Virus record (IMG/VR): IMGVR_UViG_2695420859_000009
DNA length: 11,662 bases
Strand: one strand, 5' to 3'
DNA from: a virus
Lineage: Duplodnaviria > Heunggongvirae > Uroviricota > Caudoviricetes
Shown here one piece after another: positions 4,074 to 11,400 of this stretch (positions are counted from its first letter, which is position 1; every line of letters begins with the position of its first letter). Position numbers and translations under genes: made by a program. Below the pieces are notes generated by a model. The model saw only the letters and a program-made list of their open reading frames with translations, searched no databases and was not told where the DNA came from.

Positions 4074-6872
4074 ATGTGGGGAAGTGAAAACAAACAAAAT
4101 CTGGACGTACTGGATCCTGTGCAGTTGGTGCGTATCGAAGCGGTACACCGGGGGTTCCTTTACCAGCATCTTTACGCTGTAGGCTGCTTACTTTTGGCGC
4201 AGAGGGCAGCTATGGACTCAGTAACTGTCGAGCTTGATGAGGATATTGAGCTGAAATCCAAACAGGAACGTCTCTACATTCAGGTTAAAACCCGTTCAAA
4301 ACCTATTATGCCCAACGATGTGTCGGGGGCTCTGGAGCGATTTGTAAAGCTCAGAAATGAGCATACTTCGGCAAACCGCGAAGGGGTGGCTTCTTTTGTG
4401 ATTATTGTAAACCAGGCGCCTGGACCGCTGCTTCAGAAGATGATTGACGATAAAAAGCTTCCTTCTGATGTTCTTATTGTCTGGCCCCAGTCGACAGCTG
4501 GACGTCACCCGGCACTTCCGCCCGCATGGAGTACTCTGGCTGATGCGGCCACATGGTGTATCGCAGAAGCAGAAAAGCTGAAATTTTCACTATTGTCCCC
4601 AGAATCCTTGATTTGGAAGTTAGCAGGATTGGTTCAGCTTGCCGCCACCGGAGGCGATACCAATGGACAACATACGTTTTTCACGGAAGAACTTACTGAA
4701 CTATTTGAACAGTTGATCGTTCAGCTACAGGACTTTCCTGCACCACCAGCACTGTACCGCCCACAGAACGAAGAACCTTCTCTCACATCTGGTGAGCGGA
4801 TCCGTATCCTTTGTGGACTCTCAGGTGCAGGCAAGACAGCTTGGGCCGCACAGGCCGCATTACACTCCACTGCACTTTGTGCTTATTACGACACCGGTGA
4901 TCTTCCCGGTCCAGCTCTGGCCAGTACGCTGGTGCGCGAGATGGCTGCTAGATTTACAGCCCGTGACCAAGACGGTTTGCGCAGGATTTTGCTCCCCGGT
5001 GCCAGTGGTTTTGAGGCTCTTAGGAGTTTTGATACCTACCTGAAAGAGCAGGGTACCACCTTGGTGCTGGTTCTGGATAACGCCCATCGTGTACCTGCGG
5101 AAAATCTACTGGATGTTCTGAATGCAACTACACATATTCGTTTTGTGCTGTTGTGCCAGCCTCACGAAAACGTTCGCGAACTGGAGGTCATGACGGGGCT
5201 ACAGCGCGAGGGCCTGCAGGGATGGAATCTCGATACGGTAGCTGTCGTTGTAAACGATATCGGAGGATTTGCCACCGCTATGGGATACGAGCAGCTACGG
5301 GCTTACACTGGTGGTCTTCCCCTGTATGTAGAGAGCGCCGCAAAAATCGCCGTTTCTGATTATGAGCGTAATGTCGATGCTCTGTGTGCTGAACTCCAGC
5401 AACAAACCCATACTGCGGAAACCGCCCAAGAAATTATTCTGTCACGTGTATTTCAGGGATTTGAATCACTACTTCAGAGCGCGCTGGCATTGTTCAGTCT
5501 CTCTGACGTAGGGCTGAGTCGCGAAGAGATTTCTACGCTCCTAATCAATTCGCTGAACATTTCACCAAGCAGTGCTGCTTCTTTAATTAGGAAAATGCGC
5601 GCTACTGGCACTATTGAAATTTATGGAAACCAGACCCTGAAGGTACATGATGCTGTCAGGGGGCTAGGACTGCAACATCTGGAACTGATGGATCAGGGTA
5701 TATCGAACAAAGCGCTACTAGCGCTGAAAGACCTTTTAGTTGAAAGTCTTCATAATACCCGCAATACAAAACGGTTATCGTTGTTGACTCAACTTTATAT
5801 TAAGCTCAATGATGTCACGACGTTGATCGAACTCTCAGGCCAAGAAATGTTTTATGAGATGGGCGTGACGGTCGACATTCTTGCAAGCTTGGAGCGTGCT
5901 GCAACATCGGACTTATTGGGACCTGTTCATAAATTCTGGGCATTGGATGGCCTTGTTTTCGTTGAGCTTAAAGACGGAATATCCGACCACATTGCTCAGA
6001 GGTTAAACATCATGGGAGCTTTACTTGCGGAGCACAAGTTCGGCTATCAAGAAGAGATGGCCTATGCAATGAAACGAATGTTATTTTCGGCAGAAAGCAA
6101 TGATGCACGAGAAGTTCAAAAGCTGGCACAGGAAGTCCGCCCCCAACTCCCAGATGAAGAACATAAACGCATCTTTGACTACAACCATGCCATTGCACTC
6201 TGGAGATTAAAAAAACTCAAGGATGCTGAAACATTAAGCTGTAATGTTATACAAGGGTACTATTCTTTATTTGGTATCACACCTGCTGATGTCATAGGAA
6301 AAAACGCCGACGCATTATGGAAAACTATTAATCATTCCGAAAATATGCAGGAACACTTTAAACATATGGCTGATGCTCTGGAGTTGCTGGCCAGAATTCG
6401 TGATGCGCAGGGAAAACTGTCACCATTACTGCGTATTCATTCGATGAAGTTCTACAATCTGGCCATGGCCCCGGAATCCATGGTCAGGGTGGGCCAAGAT
6501 CTGGCGGATGAGTTTGTTGCCATAAAGGATTACGACGGTGCCAAGGAAGTCATGGAGCAACATGTCCTGCCGGTTGTCAATGAGGCAGGTCTAGTACATC
6601 GACTGATTCAGGTTCGAAGCCAATACGCAGTCATATTAGCACTATCGGGTCAGCATAAAGCAGCTGATGTCGAAATGCAGCGCCTTGCTCCCTATATCGA
6701 AGGCCTCACAGGTGTACAGCGTCAAGAAATCCAAAATCAATCAAATTACATCGTACAGCTTGCCCATAAAGCAGCAAAGACTAAATTAACTGAAGTTTTT
6801 GGTGCGGTCGGCCGGAATGAACAATGCCCCTGTGGCTCGGGAATAAAGTACAAAAAATGTCACGGTGCCTGA
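4074..6872 (+). CDS. Large multidomain protein (932 aa): N-terminal PD-(D/E)xK-like nuclease-type region, STAND/NB-ARC-like P-loop NTPase, helical repeat region, C-terminal SEC-C zinc-binding motif; candidate single-gene antiphage (Avs-like) defence protein
   Basis: Track ORF with AGGAA SD. Walker A GLSGAGKT (residues 248-255, nt 4815..4838); Walker B LVLVLDN (D335 at nt 5076..5078); GLPL motif at residues 413-416 as in NB-ARC/STAND NTPases. N-terminal GFLYQ...VELDEDIELKS...IQVK resembles Cap4/Mrr-type nuclease signatures (from memory). Terminal CPCGSGIKYKKCHG (residues 918-931, nt 6825..6866) matches the SEC-C motif. About 450 residues of the C-terminal half are predominantly helical by eye. 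The gene is flanked by AT-rich intergenic DNA. Confidence 0.85.
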   Translation: MWGSENKQNLDVLDPVQLVRIEAVHRGFLYQHLYAVGCLLLAQRAAMDSVTVELDEDIELKSKQERLYIQVKTRSKPIMPNDVSGALERFVKLRNEHTSANREGVASFVIIVNQAPGPLLQKMIDDKKLPSDVLIVWPQSTAGRHPALPPAWSTLADAATWCIAEAEKLKFSLLSPESLIWKLAGLVQLAATGGDTNGQHTFFTEELTELFEQLIVQLQDFPAPPALYRPQNEEPSLTSGERIRILCGLSGAGKTAWAAQAALHSTALCAYYDTGDLPGPALASTLVREMAARFTARDQDGLRRILLPGASGFEALRSFDTYLKEQGTTLVLVLDNAHRVPAENLLDVLNATTHIRFVLLCQPHENVRELEVMTGLQREGLQGWNLDTVAVVVNDIGGFATAMGYEQLRAYTGGLPLYVESAAKIAVSDYERNVDALCAELQQQTHTAETAQEIILSRVFQGFESLLQSALALFSLSDVGLSREEISTLLINSLNISPSSAASLIRKMRATGTIEIYGNQTLKVHDAVRGLGLQHLELMDQGISNKALLALKDLLVESLHNTRNTKRLSLLTQLYIKLNDVTTLIELSGQEMFYEMGVTVDILASLERAATSDLLGPVHKFWALDGLVFVELKDGISDHIAQRLNIMGALLAEHKFGYQEEMAYAMKRMLFSAESNDAREVQKLAQEVRPQLPDEEHKRIFDYNHAIALWRLKKLKDAETLSCNVIQGYYSLFGITPADVIGKNADALWKTINHSENMQEHFKHMADALELLARIRDAQGKLSPLLRIHSMKFYNLAMAPESMVRVGQDLADEFVAIKDYDGAKEVMEQHVLPVVNEAGLVHRLIQVRSQYAVILALSGQHKAADVEMQRLAPYIEGLTGVQRQEIQNQSNYIVQLAHKAAKTKLTEVFGAVGRNEQCPCGSGIKYKKCHGA

Positions 6873-7149
6873 GTCTTTGTACGACCATGCGGGCCTTATT
6901 GTCTTGCTATTGCTCTTATGGTTCGCCTTTCTGATTGATTTCATATTGGCGAGGTGACGGGAGTTAAGTAGAATGGCTGCGGGTGCTTGAGGCTATCTGT
7001 CTCAGGCATGAACACCAAAGGCAGATAGAGAAAAGCCCCAGTTAACATTACGCGTCCTGCAAGACGCTTAACATTAATCTGAGGCTCAATCTATGAACGG
7101 CAAATCTAGGTTAGCCTCTTACGTGCCGAAAGGCAAGGAGAAGCAGGCT

Positions 7150-7305
7150 ATGAAGCAGCAAAAGGCGATGTTAATCGTCCTGATCGTCATCTGTTTAACC
7201 GTCATAGTGACGGCACTGGTAACGAGGAAAGACCTCTGCGAGGTACGAATCCGAACCGGCCAGACGGAGGTCGCTGTCTTCACAGCTTACGAACCTGAGG
7301 AGTAA
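7150..7305 (+). CDS. hokD: Hok/Gef-family type I toxin (51 aa membrane peptide)
   Basis: MKQQKAMLIVLIVICLTVIVTALVTRKDLCEVRIRTGQTEVAVFTAYEPEE matches the Hok/RelF family as I remember it. SD AGGAG at 7136..7140. The track ORF 7093..7305 adds an in-frame 19-codon 5' extension. Downstream rem-like and ydfU-like genes fit the Qin hokD neighbourhood. Confidence 0.85.
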   Translation: MKQQKAMLIVLIVICLTVIVTALVTRKDLCEVRIRTGQTEVAVFTAYEPEE

Positions 7306-7373
7306 GAGACCAGGCGGGGGAGAAATCCCTCGCCACCTCTGATGTGTCAGGCATCCTCAATGCACCCGCACTT

Positions 7374-7400
7374 AACCCGCTTCGGCGGGTTTTGTTTTTT
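7374..7400 (+). terminator. Rho-independent terminator / 3' stem-loop of the hok mRNA
   Basis: Stem CCCGC (7376..7380), loop TTCG, stem GCGGG (7385..7389), followed by TTTTGTTTTTT (7390..7400). Confidence 0.55.
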
Positions 7401-7472
7401 CCTGGCATTCTGGTTTACAATTCGCACGCCAGCCTGAACAACTGGCACCTGCTGCGCCAGCAGAGACAACCG

Positions 7473-7751
7473 ATGGCGCACGATACCAAATTACACAATT
7501 CTAATGATTCTGCTGTCTTTGCCAGCAGGTGCGGACGGCGTTTTCACGCATTCACATCAGACTGGTTCCAGCATCCTCCATGCACTGAAGAGCAGGCTGA
7601 ATGGATAATTCAGTGTTACCGCAGGCGTGGATACGAGGTTAAGAAAGCTCTTAGTCTCGACTATCGTCACTGGATAATCTCAGTCAGACTCCCTTACTCC
7701 GAACGCCCACCGCGTCCGTCCCGCACATTCCAGCAACGCATCTGGAGGTAA
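7473..7751 (+). CDS. Small hypothetical protein in the rem position of Qin-like prophages (92 aa from ATG 7473)
   Basis: Track ORF 7344..7751, but its first 43 codons span the terminator hairpin, so the internal ATG at 7473 is preferred. Its SD is weak. The rem-like call rests on synteny only. Confidence 0.4.
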   Translation: MAHDTKLHNSNDSAVFASRCGRRFHAFTSDWFQHPPCTEEQAEWIIQCYRRRGYEVKKALSLDYRHWIISVRLPYSERPPRPSRTFQQRIWR

Positions 7752-7752
7752 C

Positions 7753-8808
7753 GTGCGGGTATTACTTCGACCTGTTCTGGTACCGGAACTCGGGCTGGTG
7801 ATCGTTAAGCCGGGCCGTGAATCCATGCCGGTATTCCACAATACCCGGGTACTGGTGGAGCCGGAACCGAAAAGCATGCGTAATCTGCCGTCCGGGGTCG
7901 TTCCTGCCGTTCGCCAGCCGCTGGTGGAAGACAAAACATTGCTGCCGTTTTTCAGTAACGCACGGGTGATTCGTGCTGCTGGTGGTGCTGGTGCATTGTC
8001 TGACTGGCTGTTGCGCCATATTAAATCCTGCCAGTGGCCACACGGCGATTATCATCACAGCGAAACCGTCATTCACCGTTATGGTACCGGCGCAATGGTG
8101 TTGTGCTGGCACTGCGACAACCAGTTGCGTGACCAGACCTCCGAATCACTCGGGCAACTTGCTCATCAAAACCTGTCAGCATGGATGATTGACGTCATCG
8201 GTCACGCAATAAGCGGTACGCAGGAGCGTGAATTATCTCTGGCTGAATTATCCTGGTGGGCGGTCCGCAATCAGGTGGCGGACGCGCTACCGGAAGCGGT
8301 ATTACGTCGTTCGCTGGGGTTGCGTGCGGAAAAAATCCGCTCAATGTACCGTGAAAGCGACATCGTGCCGGGAGAGCAGACCGCCACCAGCATACTGAAG
8401 CAGCGCACAAAAAATCTTGCGCCGATGCCTCACGCCCACCAGCAAAACCCGCCACAGGAAAAGACGGTGGTAAGCATTGCCGTTGATCCGGAGTCACCGG
8501 CTCAGTATCTCCAGCGCCAGAAACCACAACGGGAAGAGATGCCCGTATACACGCGCTGGGTAAAAACGCAGAAATGCATGACGTGTGACAATCAGGCAGA
8601 TGATCCGCATCACATCATTGGTCATGGACTAGGAGGGATGGGAACGAAGGCTGACGATTTGTTTGTTATTCCGCTGTGCCGTAAATGTCATAACGAACTG
8701 CACGCCGGGGTAAAAGATTTTGAAGAAAAACACGGCAGCCAGCTGTTGTTGCTGATTCGTTTTTTAATGCACGCGAGAAATTCGGGCGTCCTGAAGTGGA
8801 AAGCATAA
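7753..8808 (+). CDS. ydfU: YdfU-like DUF968 protein with a C-terminal HNH-type nuclease motif
   Basis: Track ORF with GTG start and GGAGG SD. C-terminal CMTCDNQADDPHHIIGHGLGGMGTKADDLFVIPLCRKCHNELH (nt 8575..8703) has the C-x2-C ... HH ... C-x2-C-H-x3-H arrangement of HNH nucleases. Size (351 aa) and position match Qin YdfU as I remember it. Confidence 0.7.
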   Translation: MRVLLRPVLVPELGLVIVKPGRESMPVFHNTRVLVEPEPKSMRNLPSGVVPAVRQPLVEDKTLLPFFSNARVIRAAGGAGALSDWLLRHIKSCQWPHGDYHHSETVIHRYGTGAMVLCWHCDNQLRDQTSESLGQLAHQNLSAWMIDVIGHAISGTQERELSLAELSWWAVRNQVADALPEAVLRRSLGLRAEKIRSMYRESDIVPGEQTATSILKQRTKNLAPMPHAHQQNPPQEKTVVSIAVDPESPAQYLQRQKPQREEMPVYTRWVKTQKCMTCDNQADDPHHIIGHGLGGMGTKADDLFVIPLCRKCHNELHAGVKDFEEKHGSQLLLLIRFLMHARNSGVLKWKA

Positions 8809-9174
8809 ATGACTGAACGCATAGAATTTGTTTTGCCTTACCCGCCAACGGTGAATACTTACTGGCGACGTCGTGGCAGCACATATTTTGTATCAAAAGT
8901 CGGTGAGCGTTATCGCCGTGATGTGGCACTAATTGTTCGCCAGCAGCGGTTGAAATTAAACCTGTCCGGAAGGCTGGCAATAAAAATTATTGCAGAGCCA
9001 CCGGATAAGCGCCGTCGTGACCTGGACAATATCCTGAAGGCACCACTGGATGCACTGACGCATGCGGGGCTGCTCATAGACGACGAGCAGTTTGATGAAA
9101 TCAATATTGTGCGCGGTCAGCTTGTTCCTGGTGGGCGGTTGGGGATAAAAATCACAGAACTGGGGTGCGCATGA
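8809..9174 (+). CDS. rusA: RusA-family Holliday junction resolvase
   Basis: 121-aa product with LPYPPTVNTYWRRRG, PDKRRRDLDNILKAPLDALT and GGRLGIKITELG, matching RusA motifs (catalytic acidic cluster around RRRDLDN). The start ATG abuts the ydfU stop (TAAATG). Confidence 0.85.
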   Translation: MTERIEFVLPYPPTVNTYWRRRGSTYFVSKVGERYRRDVALIVRQQRLKLNLSGRLAIKIIAEPPDKRRRDLDNILKAPLDALTHAGLLIDDEQFDEINIVRGQLVPGGRLGIKITELGCA

Positions 9175-9860
9175 ATAACCAGTATTTACAGTTTGTGCGT
9201 GAGCAGCTCATTATCGCCACCGCTGATTTGAGTGGGGCAACAAAAGGTCAGCTTGAAGCCTGGCAGGAGAATGCCATGTTCGATACAGGGCGTTACAGGC
9301 GTAAAAAAATCCGGTACCGCGATGAAGTGACTGGAAAAATGATAACGCGGGATAATCCCCCAATCCCGGGAAAGCAATCGCTGGCGAAGGGGACGTCAAT
9401 TCCTCTGGTCAGTCCGATTGAGTTTTCGACATCATCGTGGCGGCGGGCTGTTCTGTCTCTTGAAGAACATCATAAAGCCTGGTTGTTGTGGTGTTACAGC
9501 GGGAGTATTTGTTGGGAATATCAGATCGCGATAACACAGTGGGCGTGGAATGAATTTAATACTCAATCCGGTACCAGAAAAATTGCAGGGAAAACGCAGG
9601 AACGCCTGAAAAAATTAATCTGGCTGGCGGCGCAGGCAGTAAAAGCAGAACTTTTTGGTGGGGAAGGTTATGAATACAAGGAGCTGGCATTACTGGTGGG
9701 AGTGACAACTAAAAACTGGTCCAAAACATTTACTCGTCACTGGGTTGCAATGAAACACATTTTTCACCGACTGGATAGTGAGGCTTTATTGTTTGTAATG
9801 AGAACGCGTTCAAAACAAAAGGCGGCATTTTCAAAGCAAAGTGTTGCAAAAGTAGATTGA
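9171..9860 (+). CDS. Late-gene antiterminator Q-like protein (function inferred mainly from position)
   Basis: Track ORF 9165..9860. ATG 9171 overlaps the rusA stop (ATGA). It is the last gene before a promoter, a short-transcript terminator and a tRNA cluster, which is the layout downstream of Q in lambdoid and Stx phages. The sequence itself is not confidently recognised. Confidence 0.5.
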   Translation: MNNQYLQFVREQLIIATADLSGATKGQLEAWQENAMFDTGRYRRKKIRYRDEVTGKMITRDNPPIPGKQSLAKGTSIPLVSPIEFSTSSWRRAVLSLEEHHKAWLLWCYSGSICWEYQIAITQWAWNEFNTQSGTRKIAGKTQERLKKLIWLAAQAVKAELFGGEGYEYKELALLVGVTTKNWSKTFTRHWVAMKHIFHRLDSEALLFVMRTRSKQKAAFSKQSVAKVD

Positions 9861-9872
9861 AAGGCATATATT
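9844..9872 (+). promoter_or_regulatory. Candidate late promoter (pR-prime-like) overlapping the end of the Q-like gene
   Basis: TTGCAA (9844..9849), 17-bp spacer, TATATT (9867..9872). The terminator about 55 nt downstream would give a short leader transcript, as at lambda pR-prime/tR-prime. Confidence 0.3.
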
Positions 9873-9923
9873 TCATGCAAATCTGATATTTTGCCGATTT
9901 TGTACGTGATGGCAAAAGCAAAC

Positions 9924-9950
9924 AAAACCCGCCCACAAGCGGGTTTTTTT
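9924..9950 (+). terminator. Rho-independent terminator (tR-prime-like)
   Basis: AAAA CCCGC CCACAA GCGGG TTTTTTT: 5-bp GC stem (9928..9932 / 9939..9943), 6-nt loop, 7-T run (9944..9950), with flanking A/T extension. Confidence 0.75.
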
Positions 9951-10070
9951 GTGCCACTTATCTCGGATAGACATGGTGAATGCGCTGGTGGAGGAAGCAA
10001 GGGTAATTTTTAACCAGGTGATTCTTGAATGCTTGCAACATTGATTTCGTAACGTTATTATCCTGCGCCC

Positions 10071-10146
10071 GGCCCTTTAGCTCAGTGGTGAGAGCGAGCG
10101 ACTCATAATCGCCAGGCCGCTGGTTCAAATCCAGCAAGGGCCACCA
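10071..10146 (+). tRNA. tRNA with CAU anticodon, closest to Ile2 (lysidine-type ileX/ileZ-like) rather than Met
   Basis: Cloverleaf folded by hand: acceptor GGCCCUU/AAGGGCC, anticodon loop CUCAUAA (CAU at 10104..10106), T-arm GCUGG-UUCAAAU-CCAGC, discriminator A, encoded CCA. Highly similar to E. coli ileX from memory. Confidence 0.8.
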
Positions 10147-10153
10147 TCACATA

Positions 10154-10230
10154 CCGCCATTAGCTCATCGGGATAGAACGCCAGCCTTCGAAGCTGGTTT
10201 CGCGGGGTTCGAGTCTCCGATGGCGGTCCA
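10154..10230 (+). tRNA. tRNA-Arg (anticodon UCG)
   Basis: Acceptor CCGCCAU/AUGGCGG, anticodon stem CCAGC/GCUGG with loop CUUCGAA, T-loop UUCGAGU, discriminator U, encoded CCA. Confidence 0.75.
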
Positions 10231-10243
10231 TTATCGGTATTCT

Positions 10244-10320
10244 GCGTTTTTAGCTCAGCCGGACAGAGCAATTGCCTTCTAAGCAATCGGTCACTGGTTC
10301 GAACCCAGTACAACGCACCA
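10244..10320 (+). tRNA. tRNA-Arg (anticodon UCU, argU/argO-like)
   Basis: Acceptor GCGUUUU/ACAACGC (one mismatch), anticodon loop CUUCUAA (UCU at 10278..10280), T-arm CUGG-UUCGAAC-CCAG, encoded CCA. Resembles argU from memory. Confidence 0.75.
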
Positions 10321-10489
10321 CACTTATTTTCCCTCGCTCGCTTTTGCGGACCTTTTTTGTATCCGCACCACGCCCGGCGCATACCAACCACAGAGCCTTT
10401 CGGGGGGAGCTTATGGAGTGGTCAGTGTGACTTTCTCTGTGGGCAGATCGCTCCCGGGCGTTGGCTCACCCACCCAAAGGAACGTCACG

Positions 10490-10922
10490 ATGTTTGGTAT
10501 TTTTGGTAAAAAAAGCCCGCAGAGCGGCAACGGAAATTAGAAAGTTTGAAAAACGCGATCTGGCACAGGTGGTGATTAACGCCGCATACCTGGTGGCCTG
10601 TGCAGATGGTGAATGTGAGGCTTCCTAGAAAGCGAAGATCGAACAGGTACTGCGTAATCAGCCTGCGCTGTACGCGTTTACGTCAGAAATTAATGCGATT
10701 AGCGCAACCATTATCGGTCAGCTGGATACGAACTTTAAAACTGGTCGTCGTGCGGCGTTACGTGAGATCGAGGATGTGAAACACGATACGCGTGAAGCGG
10801 AAGATGTGCTGGATGTGGCGGTGGCCATTGCGGAGGCAGACGGCGAAATTGAGCCGGAAGAGCGCAAGGTGCTGGAAGAGATTGCCGGTGTTCTGGGTCT
10901 TCGTCTGGAGAATTACCTGTGA
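10490..10922 (+). pseudogene. TerB-like (two ADGE motifs) gene disrupted by a frameshift at an A7 run and an in-frame amber codon
   Basis: ATG 10490 with AAGGA SD reads MFGIFGKKSPQSGNGN then stops. The other frame from the A7 run (10508..10514) reads KKARRAATEIRKFEKRDLAQVVINAAYLVACADGECEAS, then TAG at 10626..10628, then KAKIEQVLRNQ...VAVAIAEADGEIEPEERKVLEEIAGVLGLRLENYL to TGA 10920..10922. No ATG-initiated ORF covers the region, so the track misses it. Confidence 0.55.
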
Positions 10923-11086
10923 CGGTAAAACTGCGCCTGACTGTGGCTGCACTCCTGCTGTTTCTGGTGGTGATGGTGGATTTCACCAGCAGAATCATGT
11001 CGGTGCTGGCGGATGGGGTGCTGGTCTGCGGCATTATGGTATTGCTGTGGCCGGTGATAAAAAGAAACAGCCTGCATAATGCTTGA
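10919..11086 (+). CDS. Possible small hydrophobic (two-helix membrane) peptide, 55 codons from GTG or 37 from ATG 10973
   Basis: Open frame VTVKLRLTVAALLLFLVVMVDFTSRIMSVLADGVLVCGIMVLLWPVIKRNSLHNA with CTG-rich enterobacterial codon usage, overlapping the preceding stop (GTGA). No strong RBS. Confidence 0.25.
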   Translation: MTVKLRLTVAALLLFLVVMVDFTSRIMSVLADGVLVCGIMVLLWPVIKRNSLHNA

Positions 11087-11287
11087 TTTTTTTGTTTGCT
11101 GTTTATTAAAAACACTTCTGCATGGTGAATCCCCCTGTGCGGTGGGGCAATCAGCAAGAAGGAATATGGGGTAATCGCGGATTCAGGTGCTGATACTGAA
11201 TTCACCGGGAGGCACCCGGCACCATGCTTTGCCACAAAAGTGTTATTTCTGTTTTTCTCAAACTATCATCGTTATCCCTTTATTTTC

Positions 11288-11314
11288 GGCTGCGCATGGC
11301 GCGGCCTTTTTTTT
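11288..11314 (+). terminator. Candidate rho-independent terminator
   Basis: GGCTGCGC ATG GCGCGGCC (8-bp stem with one mismatch, 3-nt loop) followed by T8 (11307..11314). Confidence 0.45.
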
Positions 11315-11400
11315 ACGACCAGCCACTGGCAGATGGTCATCCTGTGATTTGATTCCGCTTCCGGCTTTTTAACTCTGTTCCTCTACACGGGAGAAATTCG

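Noticed and set aside
4296-6198. Short ORFs on both strands inside the 932-aa gene (4296..4508, 4792..5043, 4860..5087, 5153..5359, 6010..6198)
   Set aside because: Nested within a long, continuous, well-supported reading frame; treated as chance ORFs.
7344-7472. N-terminal 43 codons of track ORF 7344..7751
   Set aside because: This stretch overlaps the hok 3' terminator hairpin and T-run and has no RBS. The start was moved to the internal ATG at 7473, with low confidence.
7680-9399. Minus-strand and alternative-frame ORFs 7680..7934, 7762..8112, 7973..8188, 8195..8527, 8666..8980, 8910..9104, 9186..9377 and 9211..9399
   Set aside because: They overlap the ydfU-like, rusA and Q-like genes in other frames or on the opposite strand. 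None has a convincing start context.
9730-10391. Minus-strand ORFs 9730..9957, 9764..10000 and 10125..10391
   Set aside because: They run through the terminator hairpin and across the three tRNA genes; not credible as coding.
10735-11235. Minus-strand 166-aa ORF, minus-strand 10758..10952 and plus-strand 10792..11079
   Set aside because: They overlap the TerB-like remnant in other frames with Pro/His/Arg/Trp-rich translations. The plus-strand TerB-like frame has recognisable motifs, so these are taken as shadows.
10321-11400. Looked for stxA/stxB-like genes after the tRNA cluster
   Set aside because: No ORFs of suitable size with signal-peptide-like starts. The region holds only the TerB-like remnant and a small hydrophobic ORF.
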